A stretch of 64,000 nucleotides of DNA from Chiloscyllium plagiosum (taxonomy: Eukaryota). A model generated the notes under the pieces. That model saw nothing but the letters and a program-made list of their open reading frames with translations. It was not told the origin of the DNA and did not search any database. A program made the position numbers and the translations under genes. Below are positions 26,237 to 38,161 of the stretch, in pieces (within the stretch, counting starts at the first letter, position 1; each line of letters begins with the position of its first letter). The DNA is taken from assembly GCF_004010195.1 (NCBI RefSeq), contig NC_057752.1:15769348-15833347 (forward strand), read 5' to 3'.

Positions 26237-26591
26237 CTCTGCATTGTAAATCAGCTGTCCAGTAAACTCAGCTAACTGATTCCCCCCCCCCCCCCCCCAT
26301 GTTTTCACTTTTAATGAATACATTATCAGGACATTCGGGGTAATGCTGTTCAGCATTTCTATACACCGCTCATGTGGGTGTGTTTTGAAAATCAGAGAAA
26401 GTGTTTGTGTTAAATCCAATTTAAAGTGATCCCAATGTCCTGTGACGTGGAGAATTTGAGTTGAAGTGACTTTTCTCTAATTGGCCCAACATTTCAGTTG
26501 AAATGTTATAGAGGTCTTGAATTGAATATTTGGTCATATGCTGTCTTCAATTGACTTTGCTATTAATGACTTTTTTTTTTAAACATTTCAG

Positions 26592-26712
26592 GACTCTCCA
26601 TCATCTTACAGCCACAGCATAGTGCCAACATCCCTTCCACAACCCAACTATCCAATGTCTCCTCCACCAGCATGTAATGGGACAACATCTCCCATTCGGT
26701 TTCCAAGTGAAG
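26592..26712 (+). CDS. Espin-related WH2 protein, proline-rich exon (DSPSSYSHSIVPTSLPQPNYPMSPPPACNGTTSPIRFPSE-G)
   Basis: Poly-T tract plus tttcag| acceptor, donor gaag|GTCAGT, open in phase 0 to 1, splices in frame to the WH2 exon. Confidence 0.7.
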
Positions 26713-27504
26713 GTCAGTTCAGTGGTGGAATTTTCTTTTTGAAAGTGGACACGAGAGTATGTCCTGATCTGATGTATGTTTCAGATACAAAACATTAAAA
26801 TCCAACCTCACCTATTTGGTATTTTGTACCCAGGCTGCTGTGTGGAATGAATTTAGACTATCTCAACTCTGCAAATTCTGACCAATTTCTACAATACATA
26901 TCTATCCATTCTTCACTATTAAATAATAACCTCCGTCATGATGACAGCAGAATACTTGGAGTAGCAAAATTTTAAATTTCAGATCATACTTTGTATCAAT
27001 TGAAACTTTTATTCCAAAACTGTTTCTTTTATCATCTTTATCTTAACAATTTCTGGATTACGGAGTAGGCTATTGTGTGTAGAAGGCTATGCAATTGGCT
27101 GAAATGAATTGAGGTATGTGGGCATTTGTATGAAACAACACCAGCATTAGACCTATTGGACTAAATTACATGAAATTCTTATGTACCAACCAAAGAAGAA
27201 ATATAACTTTTACACCTCCACTCGACAGACTAAGGTTGTTAGTGTTTTATGGATGGTAATTAGCCTTTTTCTCTACTGACAGTAAATGCTCAAATCAGGT
27301 TGAGGAGACACTAATTTTAGTCATCTTCTGCTGTGCAGTCCATATTTACATATTTAGCACAGGTTTATTGTTGTTGTCCATTGTCTGATGGACATTCACC
27401 AGACAAATGTATCCTTGGTTAGCATATACGTGACTGTATTGTACAATCTCTGGTTAGCATATACTGTATCTGGCTGTAACAAAAATTACTTACTCACTTT
27501 GCAG

Positions 27505-27641
27505 GGCAAATGTATTTTAACATGACCTCCCCTTCTTCAAGCAACGAAGAGCTGTTGTGCGAGCTGAAGGCTGGAAAAGTCCTGAGGCCGATACAACAGT
27601 CTAAAGGCCTAACAACAATATTTTCTGGCAGTGGAAGCAAT
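27505..27641 (+). CDS. Espin-related WH2 exon ([45 protein letters not shown])
   Basis: tttgcag| acceptor and |GTAAGT donor; strongly resembles the espin segment [39 protein letters not shown] (recalled). Confidence 0.88.
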
Positions 27642-28222
27642 GTAAGTGGGGAAGAACAACAAACATATGTTTTATCGATAGTGACTTTATCAGTTAATTG
27701 CTCTGCTTTGTAAAGTTTGACATGCCAAATATAAAAACAACTTTGCATAATTTTTGACAACCAAAGGATATTCTATTCTAATTGTAAAACATAATGAAAC
27801 ATTAAGTGATTCAAAAGAACATTGAAAATAAAATATATTAGGAAAAGGTGTTCAAAAGCATGGTTGGAAAATAGATTTTAAGAAATATTTTTGAAGGAGG
27901 AGAAAGGTATAGGAAGGGAATTTTAGAGTGTAGGACCCAAGTAGGTGTCAGACAGCTGATAATATTCAGGGGACCTGGCTTCGAATCCCACCATGACAGA
28001 GTGGAATTTGAATTCAATTTTTAAAAAAATGGTCTAAAATTAAGAATCTATTGATTTCCGTGAAATCATTGTCGATTGTTGGAGAAAAACCCATCTGGTT
28101 CACTAAAGAAGCTGGGAAGAAAATCTGCCATCTTTACCTGGTCTGGTCCACATGTGACTCCAGATCCACAGCAATGTGGTTGACTCACAATTGCCTTCTG
28201 AAATGGCCTAACAAGCCATTCA

Positions 28223-28925
28223 ATATAGAACATTACAGCGCAGTACAGGCCCTTTGGTTCCACAGGTCTGCACAACATCGAGGGCCAATCTGAAGCCTAT
28301 CTATCCTACATTATTCCATTTTGCTCCATATGTTTATCCAATGACCGTTAAAATGTTCTTAAAGTTGGCGAGTCTACTACAGTTGCAGGCAGCCCTTACT
28401 ACTGAGTAAAAAAAATGACCTCCTTACTTCTGTTCTGTATCTATCACTCATCAGTTTAAAACTAGTCTCCTCATGCTAGCCATCACTATCTGAGGAAAAA
28501 GGCTCACTCTCCACCTTATCTAACCCTCTGATTATCTTAGTGAGACATATAAGTCACCTCTCAATCTTCTTCTCTCTAACGAAAACAGCATCAAGTCCTT
28601 CAGCCTTTCTTCATAAGACCTTCCCTCCATACCAGGCAACATCCTAGTAAATCTCCTTTGAACCCTTTCCAAAGCTTCCACGTCCTTCCTATAATGCAGT
28701 GACCAGAACTGAACGCAGTACTCCAAGTGTTGCCGCACCAGAGTTTTGTACAGCTGCAGCATGACCTCATAGCTCCAAAACTCAATCCCTCGACCAATAA
28801 AAGCTAAGGCACTGTATGCTAATTTAACAACCCTATCGACCTGTGTGGCAACTTTCAGGAATCTATGTACCTGGACACCGAGATCTCTCTGCTCATCTAC
28901 ACTACCAAGATTCTTACCATTAGCT
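28223..28925 (-). mobile_element. CR1 LINE 3' fragment
   Basis: LVRQHLEYCVQFWS and RRFTRMLPG on the - strand; short cattca duplication at both ends. Confidence 0.9.
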
Positions 28926-28981
28926 CATTCAGTTGTACCAATCGCTAAAAAGTCTCAAAAAATGAAACAGGATAGATCACT

Positions 28982-29260
28982 GGCGGTATAGTGGCACAGT
29001 GGTTAGCGCTGCTGCCTCAGCGCCAGAGACCTGGGTTCAATTCCCGCCTCAGGCAACTCTGTGTGGAGTTTGCACATTCTCCCCGTGTCTGCATGGGTTT
29101 CCTCCGGGTGCTCCGGTTCCCTCCCACAATCCAAAAAAAATGTGCAAGTTAGGTGAATTAGCCATGCTAAATTGCCGGTAGCGTCTGGGTGGGTTGCACT
29201 TCGGAGGGTCGGTGTGGACTTGTTGGGCCGAAGAGCCTGTTACCACACTAAGTAATCTAA
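28982..29260 (+). mobile_element. HE1-type V-SINE
   Basis: A and B boxes, V-domain, taatctaatc tail, atcac duplicated at the flanks. Confidence 0.88.
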
Positions 29261-31267
29261 TCACCTGGCATCGACCTAGGCACTGGAAAAATCAATGGCA
29301 GATCAGCCCTGTTGACCCTGCAAAGTCCTCCTTACTAACATCTGGGGGCTAGTGCCAACATTGGGGGAGCTGTCTCTCAGACTAGTCAAGCAAAAATCTG
29401 ACATTGTCTGTAAGGTATGATTGTCCCAGACACCACCATCACCATCCCCATCCCTGGGTATGTCCTGCCCCACAGGCAGGACAAACCCAGCAGAGGTGGT
29501 GGTACAGTGAGATACAGTAGGGAGGGAGTTGCTGTGGGAGTCCTCAACATTTGACTCTAGACCCCGTGACATCTCATGGCTTCAGGTCACACGAAGTCAA
29601 GGAAGTCTCCTGATTACCACATACCGTCCTCCCTCAGTTGATGAATTAGTACTCCTCCAGGTTGAACAACACTTGGAAGAAGCACTGAGGATGGCAAGGA
29701 TACACATTGTACTCTGGATGGGGGATTTTAATGTCCCACTACCAAGAGCAGCACTACTGATTGAACTGATCGGGTGCTAAAGGACATAGCTGCTAGACTG
29801 GGTCTGTGGTAGGTGGTGAGGGAAAAAACATACTTGTCCTCATCCTCACCAATCTGCTGGCTGCAGATACATCTGTCCATGACAGTATTGGTAAGATGAC
29901 CACTGTGCAGTCCTTGTGGAGACAAAGTCCCGCCTTCACATTGAGAATACCCATAATGTGTGGCGCTATCATTGTTAAATGGAACAGACTTCGGTCAGAT
30001 CTAGCAACTCTGGTCTGGGCATCCATGAGGTGCTGTGGGCCATCAAAAGCAGCAGAATTGTACTCCAACACAATCTGTAACCTCATGGCCCAGCATAACC
30101 CCCACTCAAGCACTACCGTCAAGCCAGGGATCAATGGAGAGTGTGGGAGGGCATGCTAGGAGCAGCACCAGGCATACCTGAAGATGAGGTGTCAACCTGG
30201 TGAAGCTACCAAACAGGACTACTTTCATGCCAAATGGTAGAAGTAGCAAGTGATAGACAGAACTAAGCGATTCCACAACCAACAGATCAGTTCAAAGCTC
30301 TGCAGTCTTTTCACATCCAGTTGTGAATGGTGGTGGAGAATTAAACAATGTACTGAAGGAGGAGGCTCCATAAATATCCCCATCCTCAATGATGGAGGAG
30401 CCCAGCATATCAGGGCAAAAGACAAGGCTGAAACGTTTGAAGCAATCTTCATCCGGATGTGTGGAGTGGACAATCCATCTCACCTCTTCCAGTGGTCCCC
30501 AGCATCACAGATACCAGTTTTCAGCAAATTCTGTTCATTCCACATGATATTACTAAACAGTTGGAGACATTGGATACTGCAAAGGCTATAGATCCTGACA
30601 ATATTCCAGCAATAGTACTGAAGACTTGTGCCAAGCTGATCCAGTACAGCTACAACATTGGCATCTACCCAACAATGTGGAAAGTTGCCCCGTACATAAA
30701 AAGCAAGGAAAAACTAACCTGGCCAATTACCGCTCCATCACCAGTAAACTGATGGAAGGGGTCATCAACAATGCTATCAAGCAGCACCTGCTCAGCAATA
30801 ACCTGCTCACTGATGCCCAGTTTCGGTTTTGCCAGAGTCACTCAGCTCCTGACCTCATATAGCCTTTGTTCAAACATGGACAAAAGAGCTGAATTCCAGA
30901 GGAGAGGTGAGAGTGGCAGCCCTTGACATCAAGGCTTCATTTGACTGAGTGTGACATCAAGGAGCCCTAGTAAAACTGGAATCAATGAGTATCGGGGGCA
31001 AACTCTCCACTGATTGGAGTCATACCTGATGCAGAGGAAGATGAGTTGTGGTTGTTGGAAGTCAGTCATCTCAGCTCCAGGACATCTCTGCAGGAGTCTC
31101 TCTGGGTAGTGTTCTAGGCCCAACCATCTTCAGCTGCTTCATCAATGACCTTCCCTCTGTCATAAGGTCAAAAGTGAGGATGCTCACTGTGCAATCATCA
31201 AGGTCTAGCACCATTTGCCACTTGTCAGATTATGAAGCAGTCCGTGTTTAAATGCAACAAGATCTGG

Positions 31268-31976
31268 TGTTACAACATGGTGGAGAACCCTTCTGCTAAT
31301 TAAACCAAACTCGCAGAAAAGCTCACCTCGCCCATCATCTGTCAAACCAAGTGTTGGAGAATTCCCAAATTCCACTATTTAAAGAAAATAATATAAATTT
31401 ACTCTTTAACTCTAAAAGTAAACATTTAAACAATAATTATTTACAAGTTTAAGCCTCCTTTCTCAAATGTTTTTCATCTGTATCTAACTCGATAACAATA
31501 TACTGTTCCAATCAAAACCCATATTAAAATTACATCAACTTGATTTCAAAACCGCACAGTGGCTGTCATCTCCTTTTGGCTGAAGATTTCCCTGGGTCAT
31601 CTTCTGGCTTTTACTGCAAAGATGTTTCCTATGCAAAAGGTACCTTTTGATAGAGAGAGAGTGTTTTGAATGGCAGTTACACCCTGTCTAACATTCAAAC
31701 TGTTTGCTTCTTTATACCCCGAACATTGGATCTTCTCATTGGTTCAAGGTTGGCAAAAATCAATTATCCTGGGGCATAATATAAAATGATTGGCTAGATT
31801 CAAATTGTTGTCAATACAACTCAGGTATCTAGTTCACAGCCAAATGTTACATAATTTCAATTTTCCTGTGCACTCTGAGACTGCTAGCTAGTCATATGGC
31901 AGGTGTTTGCAAGCTCTGTGCAAAGCAACATTAACTCTCTCTTAAAGGTGCAGTACACACCTTCAACTTCATAACA
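31268..31976 (-). mobile_element. Solo LTR (Gypsy/ERV-like)
   Basis: TGTTA...TAACA termini and perfect 4-bp TSD ctgg; removing it restores host LINE gatctggacaacatcc; TATA-like ggggtataa on the - strand near 31715. Confidence 0.85.
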
Positions 31977-33139
31977 CTGGACAACATCCAGGTTTGGGCT
32001 GACAAATGGCAAGTAACATTCACGCCATACAAATGCTATGGCATGACCATCACAAATAAGAGGCAACCTAACCATTTCCCTTTGGCATTCAATGGTATTA
32101 CTATCAGTCTGGTCCCCCACTATCAACATTCTGGGGGTTATCATTGACCAGAAACTCAGCTGGACTCACCACATAAATACAATGGCCACACAAGAGTAGG
32201 TCAGAAACTGAGAATACTGTGGCGTGTAACTCACCTCCTGATATCCATATTCTGCCCACCATCCACAAGGCACAGAATACTTCCCACTTGCCTGGATGGG
32301 GACAGTTCCAACAACACTCAAGAAGCTTGACACCATCCAGGTAAAGCAGCCTACTTGATTGGCACCACATCCACAAGCATCCCCTCCCTCCATCACCAAT
32401 GCTCAGTAGCAGCATTGTACCAGTTACAAGATGCACTGCAGAAATTCACCAAAGATCCTCATACAGCACCTTCTAAGCCCATGACCATTTCCGTCTAGAA
32501 GGACAAGGGCAGCAGGTACATGGAAACATCACCACCTTCAACTTCCCCCTACAAGTCACTCACCACCCTGACTTGGAAATATATCTCTGTTCCTTCACTG
32601 TCACTGGATCAAAATCCTGGCATTCCCTCTCTAATGGGATTATGAGTCAACCCACAGTAGGTGGACCGCAACAGTTCAAGAAGGCAGCTCACCCCCACCT
32701 TCTCAAGGGGGGGCTAGGGACCGGTAATAAGTGCTGGCCCAGCTAGTGATGTCCACGCCCAAAAAAGGAATGAAAAAAGTATCAAAACACAAGAAGCCAT
32801 AATAGGGAGGTGCAGAGATCTTGAATGTTGCAGAGTGTAGGAGGTTAGGGATGAGGTGAAGCAAGACCATAGAAGGATTTGAAAACTTGAGGTGTTGCCA
32901 AATTAATGATTAGTGTAAGTTAGCAAGCACAGGAGTGATGATGGAACAGGACTTGGTGGGGCTTTAAGGATCCAAACAAGTAAGATTTGGATGACCTGAC
33001 TTTTCTGTAGTGTTGAAGATGGGAGGGAGCAAAGGTGCATTTGATAGACAACTCCAGAACTAACACAATGAAGATTTCAGTAGAGAATGGGCTGTGGCGA
33101 TGACAGAAAAGGCTGATTTATTCTGGAAAAGAAAGTTAA

Positions 33140-33345
33140 AGGGTAAAGTCACCACAGTCCCAGAAGACCATAGGCCTATTATTTCATAAGAGAGACAGAT
33201 AACTGGTGGTATGTTTAACCTGAGTGTAACCACACCTCAGGCAAAGTTGAGAAGGTGCGATCTTCATGGTAACCTCGCCAATGTGGGAATTGAAACTGTG
33301 TTGTTGGTGTCACTTTGCATCACAAACCCGCTGTCCAGTCAATTA
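33140..33345 (-). mobile_element. Old tRNA-derived SINE (same family as the host of the 25466 LTR)
   Basis: Similar to 25345-25465 plus 26237-26280; B-box-like ttcaattcc on the - strand. Confidence 0.55.
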
Positions 33346-34139
33346 AGAAATTAGCTGCTTGGTGGTGGAGAAGATATTGGGTTACAAACTTGTTTTTGGG
33401 GTCTCCAAGGTTTGCAACATTGCAACAGTTTGTTTGATCACAGTTGCCTTGAAGAGATTGCTCTTCAAGTTGAGGTTAAACAAATTCTGGTGGAGATTTC
33501 AGACAATGGCTTTGGTCTTTGCAATTATCCTTGAAGATTTCGAACTCTTTCTGTCTGATGAGCAACATAGTAAATCACTGTGGAGGAATCAAGAGGTGCT
33601 GCTGGTTAAGTGGAAATGAATTTTGAATGTATATGTGGAATTGTACAGTCTTGTGCACTATAGTAGAGTCTCTACCACTTGGACAGAAGGATTAGGTCAG
33701 ATCCTACATCATAACATGTCAAAACAGGTTGATTAAAGATGTATCTGTGCAGTTTGCTGTTGTGGTTTTGATAACATTGCCATGAGGCAGCTTATGTGTT
33801 CAAAATGAGAATGCTGAGAAATTATATTTGGGAAGATACAGAACATTGCTGTGGGAATGAGAAGAGAGACCATTAAAGTTGATTCCTTGACTATGACTGG
33901 ACGGAACCAGGCAAAAACAGTCCTATCCATTGGACAACAGAGAAATTTTCAGAAGACTAGTGTGGTCATAATTTCAAAAGTGCAGCAGAAGGTTAGCTTA
34001 CTAGTATTACTGTATTAAAAGTGGGATAGTGGACTTGTATGATGGGCAATGTTTTTATGAGAATATAGAAGGTCACAACAGAGATGCAGATAAATGTTAT
34101 TATTTTGACTGATACTTGAACAACTGCAATTGTTTTCAG

Positions 34140-34274
34140 AACCAATGGTTAAATACGGGACGTGGAAAAGTGCCACTACGTGGTCGAGTGCAATCGTTGC
34201 ATGGGAAGACTTCGAACCCAACAGCAGCTGGTGTCCATGGCAGATCAAGCTCTGATCGCAAATCTTCAATATAA
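34140..34274 (+). CDS. Espin-related WH2 protein, putative terminal exon (NQWLNTGRGKVPLRGRVQSLHGKTSNPTAAGVHGRSSSDRKSSI*)
   Basis: tgttttcag| acceptor, open in the phase 0 required by the WH2 exon, CpG-retaining segment in AT-rich DNA, ATTAAA at 34335. Confidence 0.6.
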   Translation, partial: NQWLNTGRGKVPLRGRVQSLHGKTSNPTAAGVHGRSSSDRKSSI

Positions 34275-35364
34275 ACAAAACAAAATGGGGAATAGGGCAG
34301 TTAAAGTGAGCTAATAGTAGAGATTTCATTTCTTATTAAATTCATTTTAAATTATATTGCTTAATTGTCAAGTTTTTCACTTTCCTATGATTTCAGATTT
34401 TTGTCCTGGTTGCATTTGCTGAAATTGACTGGGATTCTCCTAGAATAGATGAACATTATCATCACAATATGTGACTGTTATCCTTGGTTGTAGTACCATC
34501 TATTGAGATAGTTCGTTTCTCAGCATCAGTGGTTCAGTTTCAAATTTATTGAGACAGATGATACTCATGCTATTTGCAAGTTTCAATTCTACTCCATTGT
34601 TACTGAGCAGAATGGGTTAGATTGTTCTTGATTAATGTCAAACTTTCAGTCTGCAGAGAAATAACAAGTACATTGGACAGTGATATTTTTTAACCAAATG
34701 GATGAACTTATAGCTTAAATTGAAACAAATGTGCACCAATAGCATTACATATAGAAATGATTACCAGAGCCAAGACACTTCCAAGGAGATTTGGAAGGAC
34801 AAGAAGAAAGCAAAAGAAGATGGATAGTTTTGTTGGTCAATGATGAAATCTATACACCAATCAATAATTCTTGGTTTGAAGTATCAAAATCAGAATCAGT
34901 TTGAGTTGAGATAAAATCATACGAGGTTCAGCAAAAATGGGGAAGGAAGTGAAAGGGGGATCTGAGTGGACAGTATTGATTTAAGGAGAACATTGAAATG
35001 TTAGAGAAAAAGGACTAAAAAAGATGAAGTTTTTCACCTAGGACTGCATACATTTTGCTGTGTATTGGGTGCGTGGAATTCTATCTGGATTCTGTCCGTT
35101 TGAATACATAATTTGTCTTTTGCCATTATTTAAACAAGACCATTATCCAGTTTCATTAATAGAGTTTTACTAGAGTGAATAGCAAATGAGTGACAGAGCC
35201 CAGCAATGATTTTGTTCTCCATTGCTTGGGTTTTTCACTGATTTGAGCAGAAGCTCCCCAGTAGAAATTTTGTAAACAGCCAGATGGTGGGAAATTCTCT
35301 GATATAACTTTGTGGATGTCCCAGGTTTTATAACAATGGTTTTGGTGTGGCTGGTTAGGTTACT

Positions 35365-35578
35365 GCCCAGATGGCAGTTAAAGATCACTCCTAGGTAGGA
35401 CAGCAGATGTCCTTCCCTCAAGGGCATTGGAGAACCAGATGAGTTTTTACAATAACCCTTGGGCTGAATTTAAATATTACCAGCCACAGTGGTGGGATTT
35501 GAACCCGTCTCTCCAAGGCATTGGCTTGGGGTCTCTAGAATACTAGTCCAGAAACATTACTACTACACTGCCACCCCA
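35365..35578 (-). mobile_element. Deu-domain tRNA-derived SINE fragment
   Basis: The - strand has an A box-like tggcagtgtagtag, B box ggttcaaatccc, and catctggttc...gggaaggacatctgc core. Confidence 0.7.
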
Positions 35579-36117
35579 CCACTAGGTGAATTAAATTATT
35601 GCATCTTTACATCTGCAGAACCATCAGAAGGAAAATTTCAGCCGGGGCTGTCAAGCAGCTGCCTATGATCAGGAAAGTCAAAACTCTAATAAAAACAGTG
35701 GTGTAAAAATTCTGCAGGTCTGGCACCCTCTGGAGGGAGAAATGGAATTGCAGTTCCTGTCGAATGTAACCCTACCGAATGCGTGTCATTTCAGATTTCC
35801 AGCATTGCAGGATTTTGTAATACCATATCTATCTTCAAAAGAGTTTTCCATGTGCCAGTATTATGTTACAGCATGTTAATGCTACAGGCAGACATTCCCC
35901 TGTTAAAATTCTAGTGTGTTCAGTTCATGATTGCTGGAAGGAAAATGGGACTTTGGAATCTCTTTATTTGCAGTGATAGACAAAACACTGATTAAACATT
36001 TCACAAGAGGGAACAAAGGCTTCACTTTGAAAGTCGTCAGTAGAAGGAGCAGTGAGAAGATGGAACATGGTCTGACAGTGGTTAAAGTCTGCAAACCTGA
36101 TTAAAAATCTCCCCAAA

Positions 36118-36220
36118 ATGAATAAGGAGGGAATGAGGTGCAGCAAAGGAAAGATCCTCCGGTTTCTGCCACTTGTAGTAGTCCTTCTCTTGCTTATCTA
36201 CCTAACAAGCTTTAACCTTC
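36118..36220 (+). CDS. GLTPD2: Glycolipid transfer protein domain-containing 2, exon 1 (N-terminal hydrophobic signal/anchor)
   Basis: MNKEGMRCSKGKILRFLPLVVVLLLLIYLTSFNL, donor c|GTAAGT in phase 1. Confidence 0.75.
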
Positions 36221-37569
36221 GTAAGTATAAAGGGTTATCCACGTATGCATTGGGGATTGTACGTATATGTCACTTGCTCATTGTTTTATGTTCCCACTTT
36301 CCATGGAAGTCTGTGTTTTTGAGGATCATAGATACGGACAGGAAAATGTTGGTTCAGTTTGTTAATGAACTGCCTGGAGAAATTAGTTGGAAAGTTCAGA
36401 TGGCTGGGTTATCTTGCCAAACAGTGCTCTTCAGAGTAATTAGGAGTTGAACTAGGTTGTCATAAGAGCCATCGCAGCTAAGGAAATGTGCAGGATACTG
36501 ATCTATCCCTTCCTTTTTAGGTAGCCCCTCAGGATCGAGGATGACTTTTTTCTAGTTGGTGGTGTGGGTCCTAAGATATCGGTTAATCTAATCTGAATTC
36601 ACCAGGCCCTGACATAGAAGGGATAGGTGGTGTTCACTGATATGGGTGGGGAGGATGCTTTGGTTATATTCAATTGCTCCATCAAGCATGTGAATGATTC
36701 TTTGTTGGTTGAAGTGTTCTACCTTCAATATTATCCACATCATAATAAGGAGTAGCATGAGAGAACAGTACTGCTTCCAATGGGAAAGCCTCTCAGTGCC
36801 CAGCTCCTGGACTCTTGCACAATATCATGCAGTTTTCATGACAGCAATCATTCCTTAACCTTGCAATTTGTTTATCACTATCACCAGGAGCATTGAAGTA
36901 GCTAACTATTCTTCAAATTCAATTTATTTGTCCTATGCCTCATGTATGCAAGAGTCACTATAAGGTTTCTGAGGCTGCTGCCTACAGCACTGACCAATCA
37001 GACATTTTTGACAGGGTGTTCAGACATTCTGCATACTTACAATGGTGTACATGAAATGGACATGTTAAAGCAGCACTTCAAATATCCAGTGATGAAGTAT
37101 ACCACCCAAGTCTCCCAGAACTTTGGTTGCACAACTTAACCATTCTTCAAGACGTATAAAAGAGGAAGAAATCAAGTGGCTTGAAAATCTGTTTTATTAA
37201 CAGCTACCGATTCTGGGTATTCTAATTTTTACTGAGTCATTTATGACATCAGTATGATCCTGATTCTATCTCAACTCACTTGGGAATGGGTCATAGGATG
37301 TACATACAAGCAATAGTGGTATGTTGCTGATTTGTCTGCGATTCTCTTGGGAATTGAAATATTCACCATTGTTTCATTGAACAGAATGTCCCTGTGATAC
37401 ACAGCCATTTTAGTTTTGAAGAAAATGTCAAATGCAAAGGATGTGAATTGACATAGGAACAATGGAGCAAATGAGTGTTCTACTCAGCATTTAGTTTTGC
37501 TTGCCTGGAAAAACAAAGTTCAGTAATGCCAGACCACAAGGGGTTAATGAGATGTTCCTTTTGCTTGCC

Positions 37570-38045
37570 AAGACCTTACAGAGTCAGACACAGAGTCTAC
37601 AGTACAGAAATGGCCTTTCTGCCTATTGAGTGTTCACTGTTAACAAAAAAGATATCCAACCATTCTAATCCCAATTTCCAGCATTTGGCTGATAGCTTTA
37701 TATATCTTGGCATTACAAGTGTATATCTATATATTGTGAGGGTTTTTGCTTTTACCACCCTTACAGGCAGTGAGTTCAAGGTTGAAAGGTTTTTTCTCAC
37801 ATCCCTCTAAACCTTCTGTTACTTACCTTAAACATATGCTCACTGGTCATTGATCTCTTCACTAAAGAGAAAAGTTTCTTCCTGTCTACTCTGCCTATGC
37901 CTCCTCGCCATAATTTTGTACGTCTCAATCACATCTCCCCTCCATGTCCTTTGCTCCAAGGAAGATAACTGCAGTCTATCCAATCTCACTTCAAAAGTAA
38001 AACTCACCCATCCAAGTAACATGCTAGTAAATCTTCTTCAATCCC
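37570..38045 (-). mobile_element. Old CR1 3' fragment
   Basis: LSSLEQR..RGDVIETYKIM on the - strand. Confidence 0.75.
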
Positions 38046-38161
38046 CTTGCTTCAGGTTTTTTTTCTCACTTCTTCACAGGAGCCATTATTTTCAAAATTA
38101 ATCTTGGTTACTTCTTAAAGCCAACAGAATCAACAGACCAAGTTTGAGGGGCTGAATTGTC

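Larger units (their letters stand above)
27950..32780 (+). mobile_element. Single-ORF CR1/L2-group LINE (EN+RT, decayed) preceded by a tRNA-like B box and Deu-like domain; interrupted by a CR1, a SINE and a solo LTR
   Basis: B box gcttcgaatccc 27978-27989; motifs LTNIWGL, TYRPPS, MGDFNV, DPDNIP, ALDIKASFD, GSVLGPTIFSCFINDL; tail taataagtgctggccc...gaatgaaaaaa. Confidence 0.8.

Noticed and set aside
23669-26712. MDK-start plus Pro/Tyr-rich exon resembling a phospholipid scramblase or LITAF N-terminus
   Set aside because: The next in-phase exon is clearly espin WH2, and no scramblase or LITAF domain exon was found
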